A stretch of 64,000 nucleotides of DNA from an uncultured Arcobacter sp. GTDB lineage: Bacteria > Campylobacterota > Campylobacteria > Campylobacterales > Arcobacteraceae. The notes under the pieces were generated by a model that was given only the letters and a program-made list of their open reading frames with translations, was not told the DNA's origin and ran no database searches. Made by a program: the position numbers and the translations under genes. Below, in pieces: positions 50,194 to 59,791 of the stretch. Positions within the stretch are counted from its first letter, which is position 1; each line of letters starts with the position of its first letter. The stretch covers positions 128,001-192,000 of the forward strand of contig OZ223302.1 in NCBI GenBank assembly GCA_965140705.1, read 5' to 3'.

Positions 50194-50918
50194 TATTTAA
50201 TACAATTCCTTCTAATATATTTAACAATAATTTTAACAGACTCTTCTATACTGAGTTTATCTGTATCTATTATAATTTCAGCATGCTGTGGTTCTTCATA
50301 TATATCAGTAACGCCAGTGAAATTTTTATACTCACCTTTTAGTGCTTTTTCATATTTACCCTCAGTGTCTCTTCTTTTACAAGTTTCAATATCTGCTTTT
50401 ACATATACCACTATATTATTTTTTACCATTTCTCTTATTGCTTTTCTTGACTCAGAATAAGGACTTACAAAAGAAGAAACAGTTGATACTGAATTTTTTT
50501 GTAAAGTTTTTATTAGATGTCCAATTCTATGCATATGTCTATTTCTATCTTCTCTTGTATATCCTATATCAGGTATTACATCCCTTATATCTTTTGAATC
50601 TAATCGTTCAATTGGGATATCAAGCTTTTCTAACTCTCCATAAACTCTATTTGCAATAGTAGTTTTTCCAGAAAGGGGTAATCCTGTAAACCAAATATTA
50701 AAAGGTTCTATTCTTTTTCTACCCCATCTAACTTTAAACCAAGCTCTCTCATGTGCCCAATAAAGACCTACTTTTAAAATCGTTTCGATTAAACCTGCAG
50801 CAATCGCTAAATCTAACCTTCTAAAAAAGACATAAACTATAATTATAGTTGTAGTTGTTGCAAGAATTCTCCAACTAATACCTTTAATTATTGACCTTAA
50901 GTTAGTATCCTTATACAT
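50193..50918 (-). CDS. DUF2061-like membrane domain fused to adenylyl-sulfate (APS) kinase
   Basis: N-terminal RSIIKGISWRILAT..YWAHERAW; then WFTGLPLSGKTT P-loop and NFTGVTDIYEEP. Confidence 0.8.
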   Translation of the reverse strand: MYKDTNLRSIIKGISWRILATTTTIIIVYVFFRRLDLAIAAGLIETILKVGLYWAHERAWFKVRWGRKRIEPFNIWFTGLPLSGKTTIANRVYGELEKLDIPIERLDSKDIRDVIPDIGYTREDRNRHMHRIGHLIKTLQKNSVSTVSSFVSPYSESRKAIREMVKNNIVVYVKADIETCKRRDTEGKYEKALKGEYKNFTGVTDIYEEPQHAEIIIDTDKLSIEESVKIIVKYIRRNCIK

Positions 50919-50931
50919 TTATTTAAAATTC

Positions 50932-51567
50932 CTAAATTGAATATTCAAAATTACCCTTAATATATCCAAATCTTATCAAATATTTTATAATTATTTCAGT
51001 ACTTTCTTGAATAGACTGGGTATCAGTTTTTATATGAATTTGAGGATTTTCAGGTTTTTCATAAGGAGAGTCTATTCCTGTAAAATCTTTTATAGCTCCA
51101 GCTCTAGCTTTTTTATATAAACCTTTTGGATCTCTTTTTTCACAGAGACTAATAGGACTATCAATAAAGACCTCAATAAATTCATCATAGTTAACTAAAG
51201 ATCTTGCAATTTGCCTATCTGATTTAAAAGGACTTATAAAAGCTGTTAAAACAATAAGTCCTGCATCAACAAATAATTTACTGACTTCTCCTATTCTTCT
51301 TATATTTTCTACTCTTTGTGTTTCAGAGAAACCAAGGTCCTTATTTAATCCATGTCTTATATTGTCTCCATCCAATAAATAAGTTTTTATACTCATTTTA
51401 TAAAGTTCTGCTTCCACAGCATTTGCAATAGTTGACTTTCCACTAGCACTTAACCCTGTAAACCACAAAATTGATGGTTTTTGATTTAACAAAATTTCTC
51501 TGTTTTCTTTTTTAATATTTTGATTTTGCCAAATTATATTTTGGTTTATTTCATGCTTTTTAATCAT
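50932..51567 (-). CDS. cysC: Adenylyl-sulfate kinase
   Basis: WFTGLSASGKSTIA, LDGDNIRHGL, RDPKGLYKKAR, FTGIDSPYE. Likely ATG at 51567, overlapping the relic fcl stop (ATGA). Confidence 0.93.
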   Translation of the reverse strand: MIKKHEINQNIIWQNQNIKKENREILLNQKPSILWFTGLSASGKSTIANAVEAELYKMSIKTYLLDGDNIRHGLNKDLGFSETQRVENIRRIGEVSKLFVDAGLIVLTAFISPFKSDRQIARSLVNYDEFIEVFIDSPISLCEKRDPKGLYKKARAGAIKDFTGIDSPYEKPENPQIHIKTDTQSIQESTEIIIKYLIRFGYIKGNFEYSI

Positions 51568-52081
51568 AGATTTAAATACCATTTATACATAATTTTAATT
51601 CTTCTTCAAGTTTAATCTTATATTTCAAACCTAATCTATGTAGTTTACTAAGATTTGTTAACTTTAGCATTGCACCATTAGGTTTATTTGTATAAAATAC
51701 TAAATCACCTTTAAATCCAATAATATTTTTAATTAATTTAGCAAGTTTTTTTATAGATATATCTATATATTTATAGGGAAGAAACTCTCTTATTGGTTTC
51801 CTTCTACTCAAAATTTCAATTTTAACTTCCTTCAAACTAATGTTTAATAATGAATTCTGAATTCTGAATTCTGAATTTTCTTCTAATTGATCTTGAATTA
51901 AGAAGTATTGTTCTGAGTTTGAAACTATAAATTGACTTTCATATAATTTTGAGTTTCTTTGTACTGTTAATTGAAAAAGTGATTTATTTGAACAAAGTTT
52001 TACAAACTGCTTAGGCATTAATGTTCGGCTTATTGGCCATAGTCTTGTCCCTCTTCCTCCAAATAAGATCAAGTTAGTCAT
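51564..52081 (-). pseudogene. Chimeric remnant: 5' end of manC fused to fragments of GDP-L-fucose synthase (fcl)
   Basis: MTNLILFGGRGTRLWPISRTLMPKQF is a ManC start. Later KPIREFL and DISIKKLAKLIKNIIGFKGDLVFYTNKPNG..KL are Fcl motifs. The shifted frame gives IKIMYKWYLNL*, an Fcl-type C-terminus. Confidence 0.82.
51851..51878. repeat. Heptamer tandem repeat (TGAATTC x3 + TGAATTT)
   Basis: tgaattc tgaattc tgaattc tgaattt, located where manC similarity ends. Confidence 0.85.
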
Positions 52082-53096
52082 TTTTAGCACCTAAATAAAA
52101 ATCTTTATACCAAGCTACAAATTCTTTTATTCCATCAGCTAAATTTGTATCTGGTTTATATCCAAAGTCCTGCATCAAGTCACTTACATCAGCAAAAGTT
52201 GATACGACATCTCCATCTTGCATTGAGATGAAATTTTTAGTTGCCTGTTTTCCAATAGCAGTTTCAATAGTTTTAATAAAATCGAGAAGTTGAACAGGAA
52301 AATTATTCCCTATATTATATATTTTAAAAGGTGGAGTTCCATAAGTTGGATTATCAATAACTTTTATTATACCACCAATAATATCATCAATATAAGTAAA
52401 ATCTCTACTCATATTTCCATTATTAAATACATTAATTGCTCTATCATTTAATATTGCATCTGTAAAAAGCATTGGTGCCATATCTGGTCTTCCCCAAGGT
52501 CCATACACTGTAAAAAATCTTAACCCAGTTGTTTGAATACCATAAAGATGAGAATAGGTATGTGCCATTAGCTCATTTGATTTTTTTGTAGCTGCATACA
52601 AACTAACAGGAGTATCTGTTTTATCTGTAGTTTTAAAAGGTTGTGAAGTATTTGTTCCATAGACAGAAGAGGAAGAAGCATAACACAAATTTTTTACTTC
52701 AAAATTTCTACAAGCTTCTAATATATTCATGAACCCTACAACATTACTTTCAATATAAGCGTGAGGATTTTCTATTGAGTATCTAACACCTGCTTGAGCA
52801 GCTAAGTTACATACTGCATCAAATTCTTCTATTTTAAAAAGTTTATTTATAGATCCACTATCTTCTAAATTAACTTTTATAAATTTGTGTTTTGGAAAGT
52901 TATTACTAACTACAAATTTATTATCTAATATTAAGTCTTTTTCAATTCCCAATTCACTTAATCTTGCATATTTTAAATTAACATCATAGTAATCATTTAT
53001 ATTATCTAACCCTACAACTTCATTTCCTCTTTCAAGAAGTTTTTTTGCAAGATGATATCCTATAAAACCAGCTGTTCCTGTCACTAATATTTTCAA
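52074..53096 (-). CDS. UDP-glucuronate 4-epimerase
   Basis: VTGTAGFIGYH, NLAAQAGVRYS, ASSSSVYG, SLYAATKKSNELMAH, RFFTVYGPWGRPDMA; TTG start. Confidence 0.9.
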   Translation of the reverse strand: MKILVTGTAGFIGYHLAKKLLERGNEVVGLDNINDYYDVNLKYARLSELGIEKDLILDNKFVVSNNFPKHKFIKVNLEDSGSINKLFKIEEFDAVCNLAAQAGVRYSIENPHAYIESNVVGFMNILEACRNFEVKNLCYASSSSVYGTNTSQPFKTTDKTDTPVSLYAATKKSNELMAHTYSHLYGIQTTGLRFFTVYGPWGRPDMAPMLFTDAILNDRAINVFNNGNMSRDFTYIDDIIGGIIKVIDNPTYGTPPFKIYNIGNNFPVQLLDFIKTIETAIGKQATKNFISMQDGDVVSTFADVSDLMQDFGYKPDTNLADGIKEFVAWYKDFYLGAKND

Positions 53097-53105
53097 TTCT
53101 ATTTC

Positions 53106-54275
53106 CTAACTATCACTATTAAATATATCTCTTGTATAAACTTTGTCTTTTATATCAAGTATCTCTTCACTCAATCTATTTGCTACAATTACATCAGAAA
53201 TATTTTTAAACTCCTCTAAACTTTTAACTACTCTTGAATTAAAAAACTGATCTTCACTTATAACTGGTTCATATACAACTACTTCTATACCTTTTGCTTT
53301 GATTCTTTTCATTATTCCTTGAATAGCTGAACTTCTGAAATTATCACTTCCTGATTTCATCACAAGTCTATATATTCCAACTATTTTTGGCTTTTTTGCT
53401 AAAATTGAGTCTGCTATAAAATCTTTTCTTGTACTGTTTGATTCTACTATTGCATTGATTAAATTTGATGGCACATCAGCATAATTTGCTCTAAGTTGCT
53501 TAGTGTCTTTTGGTAAACAATACCCTCCGTAACCAAAGCTTGGGTTGTTGTAATGTGTTCCAATTCTTGGATCTAATCCAACACCTTCTATTATCTGTCT
53601 TGTATTTAAATTATGAGATTGGGCATAAGAATCTAGCTCATTAAAATATGCAACTCTCATGGCTAAATATGTATTTGCAAATAGTTTTATAGCTTCTGCT
53701 TCAGTTGAGTCAGTAAAAAGGATATCGATATTCTCTTTTATTGCACCTTGTGCTAAAAGATTTGCAAATATTGTTGCTCTTTCACTTTTTTCTCCAACAA
53801 TTATTCTTGAGGGATATAAATTATCATATAAAGCAAGTCCTTCTCTTAAGAATTCTGGTGAAAATATGATATTATCAGTTTTGAATTTTTCTCTTAGAAT
53901 TTTTGTATAACCAACAGGAATAGTTGATTTGATTACCATTGTAGTATTTGGATTTATATTTAATACATCTGTAATAACATATTCTATTGATTTTGTATTA
54001 AAATAATTAGTTTCTGGATCATAATCTGTTGGCGTTGCAATAATTACATAATCAGCATCTTCATATGCTTCTTCTTTATCTAAAGTTGCAGTAAAATTTA
54101 AATCATCTATTTTCAAATACTTTTCTATCTCTTTATCTTCTATAGGAGATATTTTTTTCTTTAACATTTCAACTTTTTCAGGAATAATATCTAAAGCAAC
54201 TACTTCATTGTGTTGTGATAATAAAATACCATTTGATAAACCAACATATCCTGTACCAGCTATTGCTATCTTCAT
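53106..54275 (-). CDS. ugd: UDP-glucose 6-dehydrogenase
   Basis: [48 protein letters not shown]. Confidence 0.95.
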   Translation of the reverse strand: MKIAIAGTGYVGLSNGILLSQHNEVVALDIIPEKVEMLKKKISPIEDKEIEKYLKIDDLNFTATLDKEEAYEDADYVIIATPTDYDPETNYFNTKSIEYVITDVLNINPNTTMVIKSTIPVGYTKILREKFKTDNIIFSPEFLREGLALYDNLYPSRIIVGEKSERATIFANLLAQGAIKENIDILFTDSTEAEAIKLFANTYLAMRVAYFNELDSYAQSHNLNTRQIIEGVGLDPRIGTHYNNPSFGYGGYCLPKDTKQLRANYADVPSNLINAIVESNSTRKDFIADSILAKKPKIVGIYRLVMKSGSDNFRSSAIQGIMKRIKAKGIEVVVYEPVISEDQFFNSRVVKSLEEFKNISDVIVANRLSEEILDIKDKVYTRDIFNSDS

Positions 54276-54856
54276 TTGACCTTTTCCTCTTTTCTCATTC
54301 CCCTAATAAACTCTATAAAAAATACTAAAAATATTGATAAAATAAATCCTGTAACAAAAGCAACTGTTACAATTATTTTCTTTTTGGGTTTATTTATAGG
54401 ACTATCATCTACTGTTATACTCCCCATCATTTTTGTTGGAATATACTTAGTATACATTTTTAATTTTTGTTCTTGTTTTTTAAGTAATGTTTCATATAAT
54501 CTTTTTATTCTTGATTCAATTTTATCTTTATTTGTATTTCTAATAATAATCTTAATTAAGTTTGTTGTTCCTAACGGGATATCAATTTCTGATTCTGATT
54601 CTGATTCTAAAATATACTTTAAGTTAGATGGTTTATCTAGAGGAATTAATCCTTTATTTGAATTTATTTGAGCAACTTCAACTAAAACTGAACCTTTATA
54701 AACAGGTACAGGATTTTTAAATATTACAACATAAAATATAGATAATACTGTAATTATAAATGTACAGGTAAGTACAAAAAATTTATATCTCCAAATAGTT
54801 GAAAACAGTTCTCTTAAATCTATTTCATCTTCTTGTAGTTGATTATTTTGTACCAA
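54272..54856 (-). CDS. wzz: Short Wzz-like polysaccharide chain-length regulator
   Basis: [15 protein letters not shown]-terminal motif, TM, short periplasmic part, [10 protein letters not shown] + C-terminal TM. Confidence 0.75.
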   Translation of the reverse strand: MVQNNQLQEDEIDLRELFSTIWRYKFFVLTCTFIITVLSIFYVVIFKNPVPVYKGSVLVEVAQINSNKGLIPLDKPSNLKYILESESESEIDIPLGTTNLIKIIIRNTNKDKIESRIKRLYETLLKKQEQKLKMYTKYIPTKMMGSITVDDSPINKPKKKIIVTVAFVTGFILSIFLVFFIEFIRGMRKEEKVK

Positions 54857-55883
54857 TATTTTCTCCTAATCTATTTTCCCACTCATATGCACTTTTACAT
54901 ATCAATTCTAGATCTTCATATTTAGGTGCCCATGACATTTTTGATTTTATTTTTCTATTATCTGAAATCAAAGTTACTGGATCACCAGCTCTTCTTGAAG
55001 CAATTTCAACTTTAAAATCTACTTTTGTAGACTCTTTAACAGTCTCTATCACTTCTTTTACAGAATAACCTTTTCCATATCCTGCATTAAAAATATCACT
55101 TGGATTATTTTCTAAATATTTTATTGCTTTGATATGTGCATTTGCTAAGTCATCCACATGGATATAATCTCGAACTCCTGTCCCATCTTTAGTATCAAAA
55201 TCGTTACCAAATATAGACATTTTTTTTCTTTTTCCTATGGCACACTCACTTGCAATTTTTATAAGATGTGTTGCATTTGGGAAACTTTGTCCTATTCTTG
55301 GAGTTAAATTATTATTTTCATAATTTATATCAGCTCCTGCCACATTAAAATATCTAAATATTACATATTTAAAATCACTATTGACACTTGCAGTATCTTG
55401 TAAAATTTTTTCACTTATAAGTTTACTCATACCGTATGGGTTTATTGGATTCGTGGGATAAGTTTCGTCTACTCCAGTATCTGGAATATTTGGAGGTTCA
55501 CCATATACAGCTGCCGTGCTTGAAAATATAAACTTTTTTACGCCATTTTCAACTGCACATTTGATTAGGTTTGTGGTATTAACTGTATTATTCATATAAT
55601 ATTTTAAAGGGTTTTCAACTGATTCAGGTACTACAATACTTGCTGCAAAATGGATAATTGTATTTATATTATTTTCTTTTAGGATCTCATTTATTTTATC
55701 AAACTCTTTTAAATCTAGCTCAATAAATTTAAACTCTCTTATTTTCTTTAAGGTATCAAGTGTTTTTATACTACCTGTTGAAAGATTATCAAGTATTATT
55801 ATATTGTAAGTTGTAGTTTCTAGTAATTGTTTTGCGACATGGCTTCCAATATATCCTGCGCCACCTGTTATTAATATATTCAA
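54843..55883 (-). CDS. galE: UDP-glucose 4-epimerase
   Basis: ITGGAGYIGSH, HFAASIVVPESVENPLKYY, SSTAAVYG, PYGMSK, RYFNVAGA, DGTGVRDYIHVDDLA; TTG start. Confidence 0.93.
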   Translation of the reverse strand: MNILITGGAGYIGSHVAKQLLETTTYNIIILDNLSTGSIKTLDTLKKIREFKFIELDLKEFDKINEILKENNINTIIHFAASIVVPESVENPLKYYMNNTVNTTNLIKCAVENGVKKFIFSSTAAVYGEPPNIPDTGVDETYPTNPINPYGMSKLISEKILQDTASVNSDFKYVIFRYFNVAGADINYENNNLTPRIGQSFPNATHLIKIASECAIGKRKKMSIFGNDFDTKDGTGVRDYIHVDDLANAHIKAIKYLENNPSDIFNAGYGKGYSVKEVIETVKESTKVDFKVEIASRRAGDPVTLISDNRKIKSKMSWAPKYEDLELICKSAYEWENRLGENIGTK

Positions 55884-55915
55884 ATTCTATCCAATACTCT
55901 TAAATTTCGGTGTTG

Positions 55916-55921
55916 ATTATA
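55916..55921 (-). promoter_or_regulatory. Putative -10 box heading the polysaccharide locus
   Basis: TATAAT on the minus strand 32 bp upstream of the galE start. Confidence 0.45.
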
Positions 55922-56083
55922 TCGAATAGTATCTTTAATTTGTATTTAAATTGTTAATGAAAAGTTACAAAAAATATTTGATTTTGATAATTATTATGTT
56001 TAATGTAAAGACTAAGTATATTGATAATTCAGTTCCCTGCTTCTAACATTTAAATATAGTTTTGAAGTTTGTTTAGGTCAAAG

Positions 56084-56159
56084 TGGAGGAGGTAGCCGGA
56101 CTCGAACCGACGCATGGTGGATTTGCAATCCACGGCATTACCAACTTTGCTATACCTCC
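56084..56159 (-). tRNA. tRNA-Cys (GCA)
   Basis: Cloverleaf: acceptor GGAGGTA/TACCTCC, anticodon arm GTGGA-TTGCAAA-TCCAC, TTCGAGT T-loop, encoded CCA. Confidence 0.95.
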
Positions 56160-56204
56160 AGCAAAAATCATTTTACACATAAGAAGAAAATGATTAATTG
56201 TAAG

Positions 56205-56293
56205 TGGCAGAGAGCAAGGGATTCGAACCCTCGGAGGCGTGAACCTCGCCGGTTTTCAAAACCGGTCCATTCGACCAACTCTGGCAACTCTCT
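56205..56293 (-). tRNA. tRNA-Ser (TGA)
   Basis: Acceptor AGAGAGT/GCTCTCT, anticodon arm CCGGT-TTTGAAA-ACCGG, long variable arm, G73, CCA. Confidence 0.95.
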
Positions 56294-56309
56294 AACATTT
56301 ATATAATAG

Positions 56310-56396
56310 TGGTGCGAATGGTCGGAATCGAACCGACACTCCGAAACCGGAATGGGATTTTAAGTCCCACGCGTCTACCTATTCCGCCACACTCGC
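56310..56396 (-). tRNA. tRNA-Leu (TAA)
   Basis: GCGAGTG/CATTCGC acceptor, anticodon arm TGGGA-CTTAAAA-TCCCA, long variable arm, CCA. Confidence 0.95.
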
Positions 56397-56442
56397 ACTA
56401 TTTGGTAGATTCAAAGAATGTTATTTCTTAAAATGGAGTGGA

Positions 56443-56471
56443 ATTATATTAAAAAAAATATTCTTTGTCAA
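56443..56471 (-). promoter_or_regulatory. Consensus sigma70 promoter of the tRNA operon
   Basis: TTGACA (56471-56466), 17-nt spacer, TATAAT (56448-56443) on the minus strand. Confidence 0.85.
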
Positions 56472-56500
56472 TAGTTTTTAATTTTATTTTCCAAATTTTT

Positions 56501-56509
56501 TGATATAAT
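56501..56509 (+). promoter_or_regulatory. Extended -10 promoter of ilvD
   Basis: TGATATAAT (TGnTATAAT) about 30 bp upstream of the ilvD ATG, with an AAGGA RBS. Confidence 0.7.
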
Positions 56510-56538
56510 CATTCGATATACAAATACGAAGGATTTAT

Positions 56539-58227
56539 ATGAGAAGTGATGAAGTAAAAAAAGGTTATGACAGAGCACCTCATCGATCATTATTTAGAGC
56601 TACAGGACTAAAAGATGATGATTTTGGTAAGCCATTTATTGGAGTTGCAAACTCTTTCATTGAAATTATTCCTGGACATTTTTTTCTAAACAAAGTTGCA
56701 GAGATAATAAAAGAAGAGATAAGAGCAAATGGCTGTGTTCCATTTGAATTTAATACAATTGGTGTGGATGATGGTATTGCTATGGGGCACGATGGTATGT
56801 TATTTTCATTACCTTCAAGGGAATTAATAGCAAACTCTATTGAAACAGTTATGAATGCACACAAACTAGATGCAATGATTGCAATTCCAAACTGTGATAA
56901 AATTGTTCCAGGTATGATTATGGGGGCTATTAGAGTTGATGTTCCTACTGTTTTTGTAAGTGGTGGTCCAATGGCTAAAGGTCATACAAAAGATGGTGTA
57001 CCTATTGACTTAGCAACTGCTTTTGAGGCTGTTGGTAAATTTGAAAAAGGTGATATTACAGAAGAAGAACTTACAGATATCGAATGTAATGCCTGTCCAA
57101 GTGGTGGTTCATGTTCTGGTATGTTTACAGCAAACTCTATGAATACTCTTATGGAAGCTATGGGAATCGCTCTTCCAGGAAATGGGACAATCTTAGCTTT
57201 AACTCCTGAGAGAGAAGAACTTTACAGAAAAGCTGCAAGAAGAGTTTGTGAAATTGCTAAAGATAATGAATCAAGAGAAAAATTCAAACTATCAAATATC
57301 CTAAATGAAAATGCAGTTAGAAATGCCTTTGCAGTTGATATGGCTATGGGTGGAAGTTCAAATACTGTTTTACATATGTTAGCTATTGCAAAAGAAGCTG
57401 GTGTTAATTTTGAACTAAGTGATATTAATGCTATTTCTAAAAAGGTTTCTCACATAGCTAAAATCTCTCCATCTTTATCTACTGTTCACATGGAAGATAT
57501 TAACAAAGCTGGTGGAGTAAATGCGGTTATGAAAGAGATGACTAAAAGGGGTGAAGATATTTTAATAGATAACTTAACTATCTCTGGTGAAACTCTTTAT
57601 GAAAAAATAGCTGATGCTTACATAAAAGATACAAATGTTATCCATACAATTGATAATCCATATTCTCAAGTTGGTGGATTGGCTATTTTATATGGTAACT
57701 TAGCAGAACAAGGTGCTGTTATTAAAACTGCTGGTATTACAGGGGCTAGAGCCTTGACTGGGAAAGCGGTTTGTTTTGATGGACAACCAGAAGCAATTGC
57801 AGGTATTTTAGGTGGAAAAGTAAAAGCTGGTGATGTTGTAGTTATCAGATATGAAGGTCCTAAAGGTGGTCCGGGTATGCAAGAGATGCTTGCCCCTACA
57901 AGTCTAATCATGGGAATGGGTCTTGGAGATAAAGTTGCACTTATTACTGATGGAAGATTTTCAGGAGCTACAAGAGGTGCAAGTATTGGACATGTAAGTC
58001 CAGAAGCAGCAGAAGGTGGAATGATTGGCTTACTAAAAGATGGTGATGAAATTCATATTGATGTTGACCAATACATTTTAGAAGTACATTTATCTGATGA
58101 AGAAATAGCTAAAAGAAAAGCAGAATTTACACCACTTAAAAAACCATTAAAATCAAAATGGTTAGGACAATACAGAGCTCTTGTAACAAATGCAAGTAGT
58201 GGTGCAGTTTTAAAAACTGACCTTTAA
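56539..58227 (+). CDS. ilvD: Dihydroxy-acid dehydratase
   Basis: [70 protein letters not shown]. Confidence 0.97.
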   Translation: MRSDEVKKGYDRAPHRSLFRATGLKDDDFGKPFIGVANSFIEIIPGHFFLNKVAEIIKEEIRANGCVPFEFNTIGVDDGIAMGHDGMLFSLPSRELIANSIETVMNAHKLDAMIAIPNCDKIVPGMIMGAIRVDVPTVFVSGGPMAKGHTKDGVPIDLATAFEAVGKFEKGDITEEELTDIECNACPSGGSCSGMFTANSMNTLMEAMGIALPGNGTILALTPEREELYRKAARRVCEIAKDNESREKFKLSNILNENAVRNAFAVDMAMGGSSNTVLHMLAIAKEAGVNFELSDINAISKKVSHIAKISPSLSTVHMEDINKAGGVNAVMKEMTKRGEDILIDNLTISGETLYEKIADAYIKDTNVIHTIDNPYSQVGGLAILYGNLAEQGAVIKTAGITGARALTGKAVCFDGQPEAIAGILGGKVKAGDVVVIRYEGPKGGPGMQEMLAPTSLIMGMGLGDKVALITDGRFSGATRGASIGHVSPEAAEGGMIGLLKDGDEIHIDVDQYILEVHLSDEEIAKRKAEFTPLKKPLKSKWLGQYRALVTNASSGAVLKTDL

Positions 58228-58257
58228 TAAATTGTGGGTAAGCCCACGATTTATTAA
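58224..58257 (+). terminator. Stem-loop after ilvD (probable intrinsic terminator)
   Basis: TTAATAAATTGTGGG-TAAG-CCCACGATTTATTAA inverted repeat with one G:U pair. Confidence 0.7.
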
Positions 58258-58338
58258 CAAATATTAATCAATCTATTAATTTTTCATTTACGCAGACCAA
58301 ATAAAATTTCATTATAAATAAATTTGAAAAGGATTCAC

Positions 58339-59781
58339 ATGAAAATAAAAAATGTTTTAATTTTTAATCAAAAATTATTAATCATTACATCCTTACTTGC
58401 TGTAAATATGTTTGCAAAGAGTATTGATTTTGATATGGCACCACAAAATCCACAAAGAGTAGCTCCTAATAAGATGAGTCAAATTTTATCATTTAATGAT
58501 TCAATTAAAAATGCTATGCTTTCAGTGGTAAATATTTCTACAAAAACCCACATGAGTAATCAAGACGGGAATGTTCCAATGGAAATGTTCAATGATCCTT
58601 TGTTTAGAAGGTTTTTTGGAGATCAATTTGGGAACCAATTTAAACAAAACAAAATCCAAAGAGCCCTTGGGTCTGGTGTAATTGTTTCAAAAGATGGTTA
58701 TATTATTACAAATAATCATGTAGTTGAAAATGCAGATGAAATAACAGTAACCCTATCAGGTGATACTACAGAATATACTGCAAAAGTAATAGGTAAAGAC
58801 GCAGATTCAGATTTAGCAGTTATAAAAATCAATGCTAAAAATCTAACTCCTATAAAACTAGCAAATGCTGATGATTTAAAAGTTGGTGATGTAACTTTTG
58901 CCATTGGTAATCCATTTGGTATAGGTGAAACTGTAACCCAAGGAATTATTTCAGCACTAAATAAAAATAGAGTTGGAATAAATAGATATGAAAACTTCAT
59001 TCAAACTGATGCCTCAATAAACCCAGGAAATTCTGGTGGTGCCTTAGTTGATAGTAGAGGTGCCCTTATAGGTATCAATAGTGCAATTATCACAAGAAGT
59101 GGTGGTAATAATGGTATTGGTTTTGCAATTCCTATTAATATGGTAAAAGAAGTAGCTACAAAACTTGTGGAAGAAGGAAAAGTTACTCGTGGTTATTTAG
59201 GTGTTGTTATTAATGACTTAACAAAAGAGTCAGCAAAAGTTTATAACCACAAAAGTGGAGCACTAATTTTAGAAGTTGGAAGAGATACCCCAGCAGCTAA
59301 ATATGGTCTAAAAAGAGGTGATTTAATTTATGCAATTAATAATAAACCTATCAAAGATAGAGCTGCCTTGCAAAATACTATTGCAAGTTTTAAACCAAAT
59401 GCTAAAATTGTAATCCAATTAGAAAGAGATAAAAAAGATATAGTTATAAATGCCCAATTAGGTAATAGAGATGGTTTAATTATAAGTGAATCAGTTAATG
59501 GAACTATTCTAGGTGGCTTACAACTAAGTGATTTAGATACAAATATCATAGACAGATTTAGACTTCCTAGAAATATAACAGGTGTTTTAGTTACAAATGT
59601 GAAACCAAAATCTGATGCTGAAAAAGTTGGTTTTCAAGCTGGTGATGTTATTATACAAATTGAAGATATTACAATTAATAGATTTTCAGATGTACAAGAA
59701 GCATTAAGAAAATATAATAACAAATATAAAAGAGTTTATGTAAATAGACAAGGACAAACTATTTTATTAGTTATTAAATAA
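58339..59781 (+). CDS. htrA: HtrA/DegQ periplasmic serine protease with two PDZ domains
   Basis: GSGVIV, TNNHVV, DLAVIK, QTDASINPGNSGGAL; ATG at 58339 after AAGGA. Confidence 0.95.
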   Translation: MKIKNVLIFNQKLLIITSLLAVNMFAKSIDFDMAPQNPQRVAPNKMSQILSFNDSIKNAMLSVVNISTKTHMSNQDGNVPMEMFNDPLFRRFFGDQFGNQFKQNKIQRALGSGVIVSKDGYIITNNHVVENADEITVTLSGDTTEYTAKVIGKDADSDLAVIKINAKNLTPIKLANADDLKVGDVTFAIGNPFGIGETVTQGIISALNKNRVGINRYENFIQTDASINPGNSGGALVDSRGALIGINSAIITRSGGNNGIGFAIPINMVKEVATKLVEEGKVTRGYLGVVINDLTKESAKVYNHKSGALILEVGRDTPAAKYGLKRGDLIYAINNKPIKDRAALQNTIASFKPNAKIVIQLERDKKDIVINAQLGNRDGLIISESVNGTILGGLQLSDLDTNIIDRFRLPRNITGVLVTNVKPKSDAEKVGFQAGDVIIQIEDITINRFSDVQEALRKYNNKYKRVYVNRQGQTILLVIK

Positions 59782-59791
59782 AGGACTTACC

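Noticed and set aside
56205..56293. tRNA-Ser(TGA) begins with A1-U72 rather than G1-C72
   Set aside because: The stem is fully paired with G73 and a long variable arm; this is likely ordinary lineage variation. The anticodon is UGA (Ser), not UCA (Sec).
55884..56396. tRNA cluster next to the glycan locus as a possible island integration site
   Set aside because: No integrase, and no duplicate of the tRNA-Cys 3' end seen at the far boundary (~5200-5300). The locus ends look like typical conserved genes (galE, pglF-like), favouring exchange by homologous recombination.
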